A program made the translations under genes and the position numbers. A stretch of 59,788 bases of DNA, counting the filler, from Sphacelaria rigidula (Eukaryota): assembly GCA_964200075.2 (NCBI GenBank). It is 5 parts of 5 records of this genome, joined end to end, with 100 filler letters (N's around TTAATTAATTAA, not from the genome) between each part and the next. Parts side by side here need not be neighbours in the genome. Positions count along the whole stretch, not along the records: positions 47,914 to 59,788 come from CAXNAA020004389.1; 4 more parts are not named here. One strand, 5' to 3'. A model generated the notes under the pieces. That model was not told the origin of the DNA. It saw only the letters and a program-made list of their open reading frames with translations, and did no database searches. Of this stretch, positions 50,510 to 59,788 are shown piece after piece (the first letter of the stretch is position 1; the number at the start of each line of letters is the position of its first letter).

Positions 50510-50754
50510 TTCCCCGTTAGTTTTTCGGGAGGTTGTTGCGGGCTCCAGGTTTCGAGCAAGTGGTCGTATCGTACGTAAACCACGTTCCCCGGTCGAGCTA
50601 GCCAGTGCAATTCGCGAGCGAGTAAGTGTTCAATGTCCCTTGTTCAGTAGTAGCTCGATCTTTCCACAGAGTGCCGTTCATTGTTCTGTGTGCATGGCTT
50701 GCTTGCCCTGCTCCTTGCCCACCTGGGGTGTGCAAATTGCGCATACTATACCAG

Positions 50755-50905
50755 GGTGCCGACGATGCTGGTGACAGCCTTGGTGCTATCGGTGGTGATG
50801 TCGCCTAAGGAGGAGTCTATGTCTGATGGAGAAGCATTGGCAGTGAAGGCACCCTTCATTCTTTCCGCCGTGGCAGTCCTCGCAGGGGGAGCAACCGTGG
50901 CTCAG
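50755..50905 (+). CDS. MOT2/MFSD5-like exon (last TM helices)
   Basis: (R)VPTMLVTALVLSVVM...APFILSAVAVLAGGATVAQ; acceptor CCAG|, donor CAG|GTGCAT. Confidence 0.82.
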
Positions 50906-51530
50906 GTGCATGCAGTACACTCTTGTGTGGAGTATGGAGTATCGAGTATGGAGTGAAATGCTGCCGGTGTCAGCTGAACCCAAGGGACATCCTCCTTCTA
51001 GCTGTACTGTACCCAATAACGAGCCTCGTGCTTTGTTTGTGTGCAGTTCCCATGTTCTCCATACTGTGTGTGATGTGTGTGATATCAATATTGCATCCCA
51101 GCCTAGGTGATGACTTGCGGCAATGTCATCCCTCATCCCCCGAACACGAACACGACGCAACACCTCCCCCATTACCAGATTGTCAAGTGCATACTCGTAC
51201 ACGTGAGTCGTTTGTCAGGTGACGGACTAGAGCGCTGCCGTCTATTGTACCCCAGCCACGACCACTGTAGTAACAGTATGTACCAGGTATACAATATATC
51301 AAGCATAGGGTTAGATGCGTGCACATGTTGGCGCCGTTCGTGCTGACGTAACAATGGTATATCATGGTATATGATGATATCACGCCCGAAACCAATACAT
51401 GAGCATCCAATACGTGGACGTAGCCATGCGGTGATCCTTCCGAGCGTGTTTTCATGTAGACACGACAGCAGTCTCGCCTTTGTTTGGGATGTATGATATC
51501 ATATGTCATATTTTGACTCTTGATCTGAAG

Positions 51531-51720
51531 GCGCTATTGCTGTGGCTGTACGGAGGAGTTGATGGACAACCCAGTGGAGAAAGGAGGATAACGCAGAATC
51601 GTGTTGACGTTGAGGTTGATGCTCGTTCTCATGCTCATAGCCATGTTGCTCATGGTGGCGATAATGGACGGTGGTCGGCGAGGGCGTTTGGAGGAAGGCA
51701 CAGAAGCAGCTCTGGCGCAG
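51531..51720 (+). CDS. MOT2/MFSD5-like exon (end of TM, start of tail, His-rich patch)
   Basis: ALLLWLYGG...SHAHSHVAHGG...; phase 0 to 1; donor G|GTAGGT. Confidence 0.72.
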
Positions 51721-52101
51721 GTAGGTGACGTTACGTGGCAATTGCAGGTGTATTAGCTCATGACCAAACGAGTCGTAAATCCGTTCGGGGTTTCCTGTCG
51801 CTCGTTCGTGTTGCAGCCTCAAACTCGAGCTCGGGCCTCATATTCCGATGCAGCGCACCTCCTTTTAACGCTATCATGCAATTTATGTTGACGTGTACGT
51901 CACGGTAAATAAGTTAATCAAATCATCAAATACTATGTGCGTTTCAGTTTGACATGCATTTTTTATTTTGTTGCTGAAGCAACCGACGTGGTGATAGTAC
52001 AGTGCTCATTCTCGTCCCTGCACCCATAGCAGCTACAGTACCATGATGTCAGTATGATGTCAGTACAGTATGAAATTTGTATCTCATCCCCTCGATTGCA
52101 G

Positions 52102-52410
52102 GTGCAAACATGAAGCATGAGGGCGGCAAGAAGGCCCACTTGAAGGGCCTGATCGCGTGCGTGTCAAGTCCTTGGTCCAGTAGCCTTGACGGGCATAACC
52201 GTGGCCTTTCGCGAGTCAAGTTTGCGGCGGAGTCGAAGGCGACAGTATCTCGCGGTACCATCGTTGCAAAGGGCTCACAATCCGCATTGGCTGCCTCTAC
52301 TGCTAGTCGCACTGGGACCATTGCAAGTGTTGATGCTCCATCTGCCTGCAGTCGAGCGAAGAATACTGCTACGCAACTAGGCCAAACTGCAGCAGTGACC
52401 AGCAGTGACG
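52102..52410 (+). CDS. MOT2/MFSD5-like C-terminal tail exon
   Basis: Acceptor TTGCAG|, donor G|GTGAAT, phase 1 to 1, open. Confidence 0.68.
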
Positions 52411-53320
52411 GTGAATGCCTGATCCCCGTAGCTCAAACTCCAAGTTGGTAGTGTTGATTGTGCGTGTGGGCATAATTATGAAGTACAGTGCACCTCAGTG
52501 AAGGGCTAGATTACAAGGCCATTGTTTGGGGATCTAACTACGAGTTTCGCTGTAAATAAAAATTAACCGTATGTTATGCCTCAAGCGAAATCAGTCTGCG
52601 GTATTGTTTTTTCAACTGGAAGTAGTATTTTCACCGTTTGCCACTGTTGATTGGCATATACAAGAGTACTTGCAGTGTAGTACTGAAGATCATGTCACTT
52701 GGTCTACCTGCCACTTGTATCCTCTTGTGAATCTGGAACATTTTCGGAATATATATTTGAAGTTTACGCGGAAGGCAAAGATGCAAAGCAGAGCAAAGCG
52801 TGAGCATAGATGCACAAAACACGCGCCAAAGATGGAGACAGATCTGTGCCTTTTCCACCTGTCGTGGGAGTTCTCCATCCTGGGACCAGGTGCACACCGC
52901 ACGCAAATAAAAGAAAACGAATCGCCTGTCAGGCTCGACTACAAACAATACTGTATTTTCCCCTACACTGCATGTTGAGTAGGTGGGAGGAAAATAAGGA
53001 ACGCTACTTGTGCTACTTGGCTGAAGAAACTGAACGATATGTGCTGTACTGTAGGGTTATATTTCGATTAACAGTATAGCTGCCTCGTTGTTTCCTCCAG
53101 CGACCAAAACAAGCACGTATATCCGATTACGGTATGCATATTATGCATAATCCGATTCGTACTTTACTCCAATCCGGCCGCCAACAGCTGACAGCTGCAT
53201 GTTGTAACGATTCGTCCCGATCTACGAATCTCAGATCCCGCTACGCTCTGATCCTCCACTTCCGTGGGCTTGATGTTTCTCGTCACTTTGTGTCGCGTTG
53301 TGGTTGTGTGCTATTCCCAG

Positions 53321-53536
53321 AACCTGCCGTCAAACAGGGACAAAACGATCGGTCAGTGGAAAAGTCGTGTACCCGCGAGACATTCAGGGCGGCCGCAGTC
53401 ACAACGGCAGACGCCGCTCTCAGATCATTGTCACTCGTCGCACGGACTGAAGTTGGCGATGCGGATATTATGTCCACAGCGGCACAAGATGAGACTCAAC
53501 AGTCCACGCCGAACCCCCCGGGAATAGCCGACAATG
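53321..53536 (+). CDS. MOT2/MFSD5-like C-terminal tail exon
   Basis: Acceptor TTCCCAG|, donor G|GTGAGT, phase 1 to 1, open. Confidence 0.68.
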
Positions 53537-53680
53537 GTGAGTGATGCGTAGTGATGCTATGAGGGAGCTACTCTTTTACCAATGTAGTACAGCTGCATTT
53601 GAGGTGTAACGCCTCGCGGATGCTGTGGTTCGTACTTGGGTAGTGCTTCAGGTATTAGATACGGCACGCATTATATTTTA

Positions 53681-54405
53681 CCAGTCTGACCGGAAACGTA
53701 ATGACAGTTTGGAAAGTCGGGAACGTAAGGACGGTTTGGACATATAGGTGTGTGTGTGTCAGTGACACCCCAGATAACTCTGGGGGGGCGCGGGGGGGGA
53801 ATGTGTCGAGGTGATCATATGATGCCAGGAAACCATTCCCGGATTTCTACCAGATACAGTAAAAAAATGTCTGTTCTGGTACGTTCAGTCGTACCTTGAA
53901 GATGACGTTATACCTCTTCCAGGAGCATAAAACTGCATGCACATGCGGTTGGGCAAGGGGGAGACGCAAGTAAATATTCCCCGGGGTGACCAGGGGATGG
54001 CCGAATATCATCCCCGGGTTTCCAATGCAGCAAGCTCCGGTACAGGGGAAAAGTATTTTTTGAGCAGATGACAGTTGTTGCTGCCTGTGAGAAGCTCATG
54101 TGTCACAGCACGTCGCTCATGCCCGCTCACATTCTTTCTCTTTGGCGTCTCGGCCGCACTTTCAGTGCTAGACATATCCCTTTACACTATCGGAAGGTGT
54201 CTCTCAACCATTTTCCAAGCAGCGGGCTCTTTGTACTCCCGCTTGCTGCTGGTGTGTGTGTGCGGGACTGTGATTCACGTTTAAAGTGCGCACGCGAATG
54301 CGGCTTCGGAAGGTGTTGGAAAAAAACGGCTTAAAAAAACTCGACCTGCAGCAAAAGTTCTGTCGCAATATGTTCAAACTGTCATTACATTTCCGGTCAG
54401 ACTGG
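53681..54405. mobile_element. Tc1/mariner-type MITE with TA duplication in intron
   Basis: TA|CCAGTCTGACCGGAAACGTAATGACAGTTTG ... CAAACTGTCATTACATTTCCGGTCAGACTGG|TA, 31-bp TIR with 1 mismatch. Confidence 0.85.
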
Positions 54406-54593
54406 TACATGTTTTGTGGGATAAATGAATCACGGCGCCCTTTAATTTACCGTCCCTTGTGTTTTCTTCTGTTGTGTGTTGTGTGTCGTGTGTGGGTGTT
54501 TCGACCATGTTGTCGTAACTGTATTGCGTATACTTGTTTGTGCGCTGTGCTGTGCTGTGCTGTTCTGTGCTGTTCTGTGCTGTATTGATGCAG

Positions 54594-54946
54594 AGCCGGG
54601 AGGAGTAGACGCTGGCACGAAGCACTCCAACCCCTCTGAGGCAGCCAAGCACTTGCAGTGGCAGTCGGCGCAAGGAAGAGAAAAGGAGGGAGGGGAAGTA
54701 AACCGACACGAAAGGAGAGAAGAAGCGAAAGAACGCCCAAGAATGGCCAGAAAGCGCATGAATGCACGTGTCGAGTCACAGGTCGCTGGCACACATGCTC
54801 AGGTCACACCCACAAACTCTGAGCGCTCGGGAATTCCGCGATCGTCTAGTTCACTACCTTATGGTCGTGCTTGTGCCACGAGCAATACTGGACAGTCCCA
54901 GTCCCAGTCCTACGCGACTACCGCTGAAAATGCGTGGAGGGGAAAG
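54594..54946 (+). CDS. MOT2/MFSD5-like C-terminal tail exon
   Basis: Acceptor ATGCAG|, donor AAG|GTGACT, phase 1 to 0, charged low-complexity. Confidence 0.68.
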
Positions 54947-55811
54947 GTGACTGCTACATTCGTCCGTTCCCTCGACCTGAGCTTGGATGTATGTTGCTTG
55001 AGGTCCTGTGGCCGAAACCAAAATCAAGGAAGGAAACCGTTTTTTCCCTTTTTTTTTCGTTTGTTCGTTTCAATCATTGGCGCCGAAACAATACAGTACT
55101 CGTACCACAGGCTGGATGTCAGCTCAGAGTGTGTATTCATGGAGGGGCCAGTTCATGTGGTGTTTTCGGGTGTGTGGAGTGCAGTGCCGTGCAGCAAAAG
55201 ATGCGAAGGCGAAGAAAGTGTTGGGTTCTCATTCTTACACCAAAAACTGTTGTTTTTTCCTCCTCCATATTGTTTTTTTGTCGTTTCCATCTGTGCACGG
55301 CATTTTTTCGTTCAAATTTGCTGCGAAGTAATACCTCCAACGTCTTGTGGAGTGCCGCGTACGTCAGGGTATGAGGTCCATGTCTCACTGTCTCTTTTTC
55401 GCTTTTTGCAACCCAACTTTGCAGGCACGTTTTTGAGATGATTTACCCACGGTGGCGTAGACTCACGGAAAGGTATCCATTTGGCCATGAACCGTCCATG
55501 AAGCCTTGATGTGCATAGCTTGGCTCACACACCACTGATGCGTGTCACGTGTGTCGACATGACGGGTATAAAGTATCGTGCCACAGTAGACCATGGGCTT
55601 CCAAGACACGGCGTTGAGTGGTAAACAGCCAAGAAATGTGAGTGTTACAGCAGCATCATACAGTGATTCGTAGCTACAAGGTGCCGGCATCGCTCTGGCT
55701 CTTGCTCTTGCTATCGGCTCGCTGGTGATGGTCATGGTGATGGTCATGGTCATGTGTCTCACGCGTGTGAACGTGAACTGTACTTGTATATGAACTTGGA
55801 CATTTGAACAG

Positions 55812-56183
55812 GTGGCCGCCCTAGTGTCGACCGTAGCTGGAGGCGTGGCAGCCACGGGTTTGCTGTTCTATCGCTCCAGCGACGTGGACGACGAATCATG
55901 CGCGACTTCACAGCCGTCAGGAACGTCGGGATGGAGCCCGTCTGGCGACCAAGCGCAGCATGCCAGTGGCCGACACCCTCGACACCCGTCTTGGTCCAAC
56001 CGTTGGCAGGCAAAAGACCAACAAGACCACCGTAATCGTCGTGACAGCTGTGACGCTACTGAAAAGCACAAGCCTGGCCCAGTGGGCGATCATCTCAACC
56101 CTGGCGACGACAGCACACAGCGTGTGGAACGGGGCTTGAGCAAACGAGGGCGCGTTGGTGAATCTAGCAATAAATCAACATGA
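55812..56183 (+). CDS. MOT2/MFSD5-like terminal exon
   Basis: Acceptor GAACAG|; VAALVSTVAGGVAATGLLFYR...SSNKST then TGA. Confidence 0.68.
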   Translation: MAALVSTVAGGVAATGLLFYRSSDVDDESCATSQPSGTSGWSPSGDQAQHASGRHPRHPSWSNRWQAKDQQDHRNRRDSCDATEKHKPGPVGDHLNPGDDSTQRVERGLSKRGRVGESSNKST

Positions 56184-56436
56184 CCGCATACCTTCAGACA
56201 TGAGAAGAATCACGCGATGAAAGATAATGACCGGGTGTGGTGCTGGTGAAGGACAGAACAATCGTGCGTCTTGTGCGAGGTGTTGCGGTGTGTGATGGAA
56301 GGACTGTGGGCGGGAATCTCGCAGAGTTGCACCACATGTACAATTGTAGATCATTCGTGACGACTGATGTTTATATCTTTTTCTTTTTTTTGCAATCAAC
56401 GTCAAGGAAAAGTGCGCTATTGAGCAATTGTCCAAT

Positions 56437-56677
56437 GGTGTGTTGGGTAGGGTATTTCCCATGTCCTACATTTGGATGCAGTATTTCGAGAAATCGTACT
56501 CCAAGCACCTGAAACTTGGTTTGACTATTGAGAGCACCCAACAATACAAGGATATTGCTTAGGGTAATACGATCGTACCTAGCTTCACTCAACACTTGGG
56601 TAGAGTCTGGAGACCGGACCATCAGAACAAGATTCGGGAGAGTAAATACCCGGGTATTTACCTTACCCAACACACCC
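56437..56677. mobile_element. Tourist/Harbinger-like MITE
   Basis: GGTGTGTTGGGTAGGGTA ... TACCTTACCCAACACACC; no clear TSD. Confidence 0.55.
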
Positions 56678-58291
56678 CTGCAATCGTCTCTGCCATGCAC
56701 TCTAGGTGTACTTGTAGTTCTAGACAACTGACAAAGCCTGGTACATTTACTGTAGTATAACAATTAGCGCTTGTAGCATCTAAGACTTGTAGCACCTGAA
56801 ATAGGATGCGTTGTAAAACTGTACAGATGCTCACTGTATCAACCACCAATTGATTCCAAAGCTGTCTTGAGCGGCAAGTGATCAAATCACGTACAGGCCA
56901 CCGACGCATGTGTAAGTTTGTTGTGTGTTGTGTGTTTGTACTTGAACGGCTTCGAAATGTTTGCTCTTGGCATCGATGAGCCTTGGGGAATGCTTGGGGG
57001 GAGATTTGTTCAGCGATCATTTTTGAATGCCAGTGCGTGGGGTATATCGGTGCCGTGGTGCAAAGCTTGCCCGCTCAAGTTGGTAGTGGCGGTGATGATG
57101 AGCGTTGTCCTGGTTCTGAAGTGACGGGGTGCAACACATGAGACGGGTGGACGAGAGTGGTTGAATTCAAGGTCAAATTTGACTAAATGAGAACATGCGG
57201 GATTCAATGACGGACGTGGTAGAAGGTGTCAAGGGATATCCAAAAAGGCCTGGTATGGTGATCAGTAGTATCGCTGGGGCGGTATAGCTACGTGGGATAA
57301 GCGGCACGCGTGAACCCGATCTTCAACTGCACGCCTCATGTTGTAAATGAATTGCATTTCTGCAGGCATGGACAAGAGTGGGTAGGTAGGTGAGACGTGG
57401 GACATGTTGGTAGTTTTTGCTGGGGAGGGCAGAGAAGCTCCATCTCTCGGTAAGTTGAATGCACTGTGCGCTCGCGCAATAATCGATGGTATCGTTGTGC
57501 CTGAGCCGGTAAAACATGTCGCGGCCTTCCCACTCATGTTCATCTTTTGAATCGCCATAATGTAAAGTCATCACCTTTTCAGACGTGATCGTCCACTTGG
57601 GGGCAATGTTGAGCAAATCTGTCGGACACTACACGACACGAGATGCCTTGGGTTTGGTTTTGTGCCATGAACATCCATGTTGGCAGTAGCAACACTGATG
57701 TTCCCATCATGCATTCCCTGACTACGCTATGCTAGTCTCCGGATGGGTCAAATAAAATGTCGAAATTTTTCCAAACGGTAACACAGGTAAATCCAACACG
57801 TGTGGCCACTGCGGTGCCTGTAACCTCAAATTTGGACGTTGCAGGCCTTGTGCAACGTCTGTAACGTCCAAATTTGGACGTTGCAGGCACGCCAGTGGGC
57901 ACCCGTGAATACATTTCCTTATAAGCCTGATACTTCCTTGTGAACAGTACGCTCAAAGAAAGCAAGACATGTCGCTCAATATCGACGGGAACGTCTTTTG
58001 AGATGCTCTTTTTGACTGCATCTAGCTCGAGTTGGTCTCGTGAGCATATCCACGCACAAGATGCAACTTTGCTGCCTATCATCGACATGTTCCACGGCAA
58101 TCCCTCCTACTTTGGACGCATTCGCTCAACGAAGATATGGCCATCGAGCGCATGAAGATGATGGCTGGTAAAAAAACTACGCTTCAGGCTCTATTATGAA
58201 GAACGCAGGATCACCATGAACAACACCACGCACGCAGGCACCTCATGCGACTGATGTTACCTCAATCCTCTTTGGAATTTGGGCCAGACAC

Positions 58292-59466
58292 AGGGGGTCG
58301 ATCCACGCTGTTTTCAGCCAAGAAGGGGTCTTGGCAAAACACAGGTACAGGCTCTGTCCGTGCTCCTCCGAAATCGATCGAAGTTCAATCCTGAGAATAA
58401 GGCAAGTCGACCACGGCCTAGGCAGAGCGCAGAAGAAGTCGATCTTCACGAACTTTCGGGCGCGCTACGAACCAAACAGGGTCGCGAGTAACAAGGGCTG
58501 TGCAGTATAGGCGTCCTTTAGTACAAGAACGCGGTGGGACGACCCACCGCCATTCACCACTTTGACCATAGACATTGTATTCCCCATAATTAGATCCCCT
58601 TTTGGCCAAAGTAAATCCTCTCCTAAGCACTTTCCACCCCTCAGAATTCACTCTCCACACCACCGCACGGCAGAACATCACAGGACCTACAACATCTCCG
58701 CCGCATCTTTTCGCGGCCTGAAGAAATCCCCCGCACACACCAGACAGACCAGACTTCATCGGGATGTCTAACTGGCCGCTACCTCAGCAAGAAGAAAGTC
58801 CGACAATGATCTTTCACATTATCTTGTCCTTTGGCAGCTCCCAAACGAAACCTAATGGGTCGAGCCCCTGAAAAATATGGCAAAGGAGTGCTATAGGGGG
58901 CGTGACTGCTCCGGACGGAGGGTTTCACTTCTTCACCATACAAGTTCCCGAACACTTCTGGACCGCTCCTACTTTTCCCGAAATATCAAATGCGAGGGCA
59001 GGTTTCTCCAAGCTGGGGGAAGATGCGGCGGAGATGTTCTAGGTCCGGTGATGTTCTGATGTTCTGATGTTCTGATGTTCTGATGTTCTGCCGTACGGGG
59101 TGGGTTTTGAGGGGCGCCGCAGGAGAGTGGTCATCAGAGGGTGTATGTAGTTTGGCAAAGAGCGGGTCTAATCGTGAAAAGAAGGTCTAGGATAAATGCT
59201 GTGGTTAGCGGTGGGTCGTTCCACCACGTTCTCGAACTAAATGAGGTAGGTCTATTGCGCAGCCCTTGTCACGCGCGGCACTGTTCGGTTGGTAGGCACG
59301 CACGAAAGTTCGTGAAAGTAGGCTTCCGTGCTCTACCCAGGCCGTGGTCGACTCGCCTCCGCATCAGGGATGAATTTCGATCGATTTCAGGGGAGAACAG
59401 ACAAAGCCCATACCTATGTTTTGCCGAGACCCCTGTTTGGCTTAAATGGGCGTAGGTCGACACCCC
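58292..59466. repeat. Large diverged inverted repeat (arms about 58292-58740 and 58990-59466)
   Basis: Paired blocks: GGCAGAACATCAC / GTGATGTTCTGCC, AACATCTCCGCCGCATCTT / AAGATGCGGCGGAGATGTT, GTCGACCACGGCCT / AGGCCGTGGTCGAC, TTCACGAACTTTCG / CGAAAGTTCGTGAA; right arm has a (GATGTTCT)5 expansion. Confidence 0.8.
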
Positions 59467-59745
59467 TTTTTCATATGGTCCTTGAAGTCTCCCGGGGGGG
59501 AGGGGGGGGTACTTATTTGTTGCTTGCCTTAGTCGTTTGAGCATTCACCATGCGTCCCTTTCGAGACGGAGCACAGAGGAGAACGGACACAGCCCGTATC
59601 TATGTTTTGCCGAGACACGTTTTTGGCTTAAATGGGCGTAGGTCGACCCCCCTTTTGTATATGATCCTTAAAGTCTCCCGGGGGGGAAGAGGGGGGGGGG
59701 CGTACTCATTTGTTGCTTGCCTTAGTCGTTTGACCATTGACCACG
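59392..59745 (+). repeat. Tandem duplication of about 160-185 bp
   Basis: GGAGAAC.GACA.AGCCC.TA.CTATGTTTTGCCGAGAC...TTGTTGCTTGCCTTAGTCGTTTGA occurs at about 59392 and 59578. Confidence 0.8.
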
Positions 59746-59788
59746 CAGCACCCTCGTGGCGGAGGACAACGGGGGAGCAAAGGAAGAG

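Noticed and set aside
54947..55441. 3' half of the 321-aa ORF 54476..55441 as coding
   Set aside because: After the AAG|GTGACT donor the translation becomes F/C-rich from T-rich intron sequence; only 54594-54946 fits the exon chain
18088..56183. Functional cluster of two MFS transporters, a prenyltransferase and a reductase
   Set aside because: The genes lie on four different contigs joined artificially

Overview
Eukaryotic, intron- and repeat-rich nuclear DNA, probably a brown alga (Phaeophyceae). That taxon is inferred from gene structure and repeat style and is not proven. The window is not one locus. It is five unrelated contigs (1-11880, 11981-23860, 23961-35837, 35938-47813, 47914-59788; lengths 11880, 11880, 11877, 11876, 11875) sorted by size and joined by artificial 100-bp N44-TTAATTAATTAA-N44 linkers, so no synteny can be read across the linkers. 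Most ORFs in the supplied track are noise; real genes appear only after splicing. Genes reconstructed by hand with phase-consistent splice sites: (1) a terminal exon encoding an acidic disordered region with a PAM2-like motif; (2) the 5' part of an MFSD9/SLC22A18-like MFS transporter with a GC-AG intron; (3) LSM12 on the minus strand, head-to-head with (4) exon 1 of a COQ2/UbiA prenyltransferase; (5) part of an aldo/keto reductase carrying an insertion; (6) the 3' part of a MOT2/MFSD5-like molybdate-anion transporter with a roughly 480-aa C-terminal tail. Introns and intergenic DNA hold tRNA-derived SINEs, decayed RTE-type LINEs, TA-flanked Tc1/mariner-type MITEs, TTAA-flanked piggyBac-like MITEs and fold-back elements, including a three-level nested insertion. 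I found no CRISPR array, rRNA, true tRNA or convincing novel multi-gene system. The best leads are listed as findings with moderate scores.
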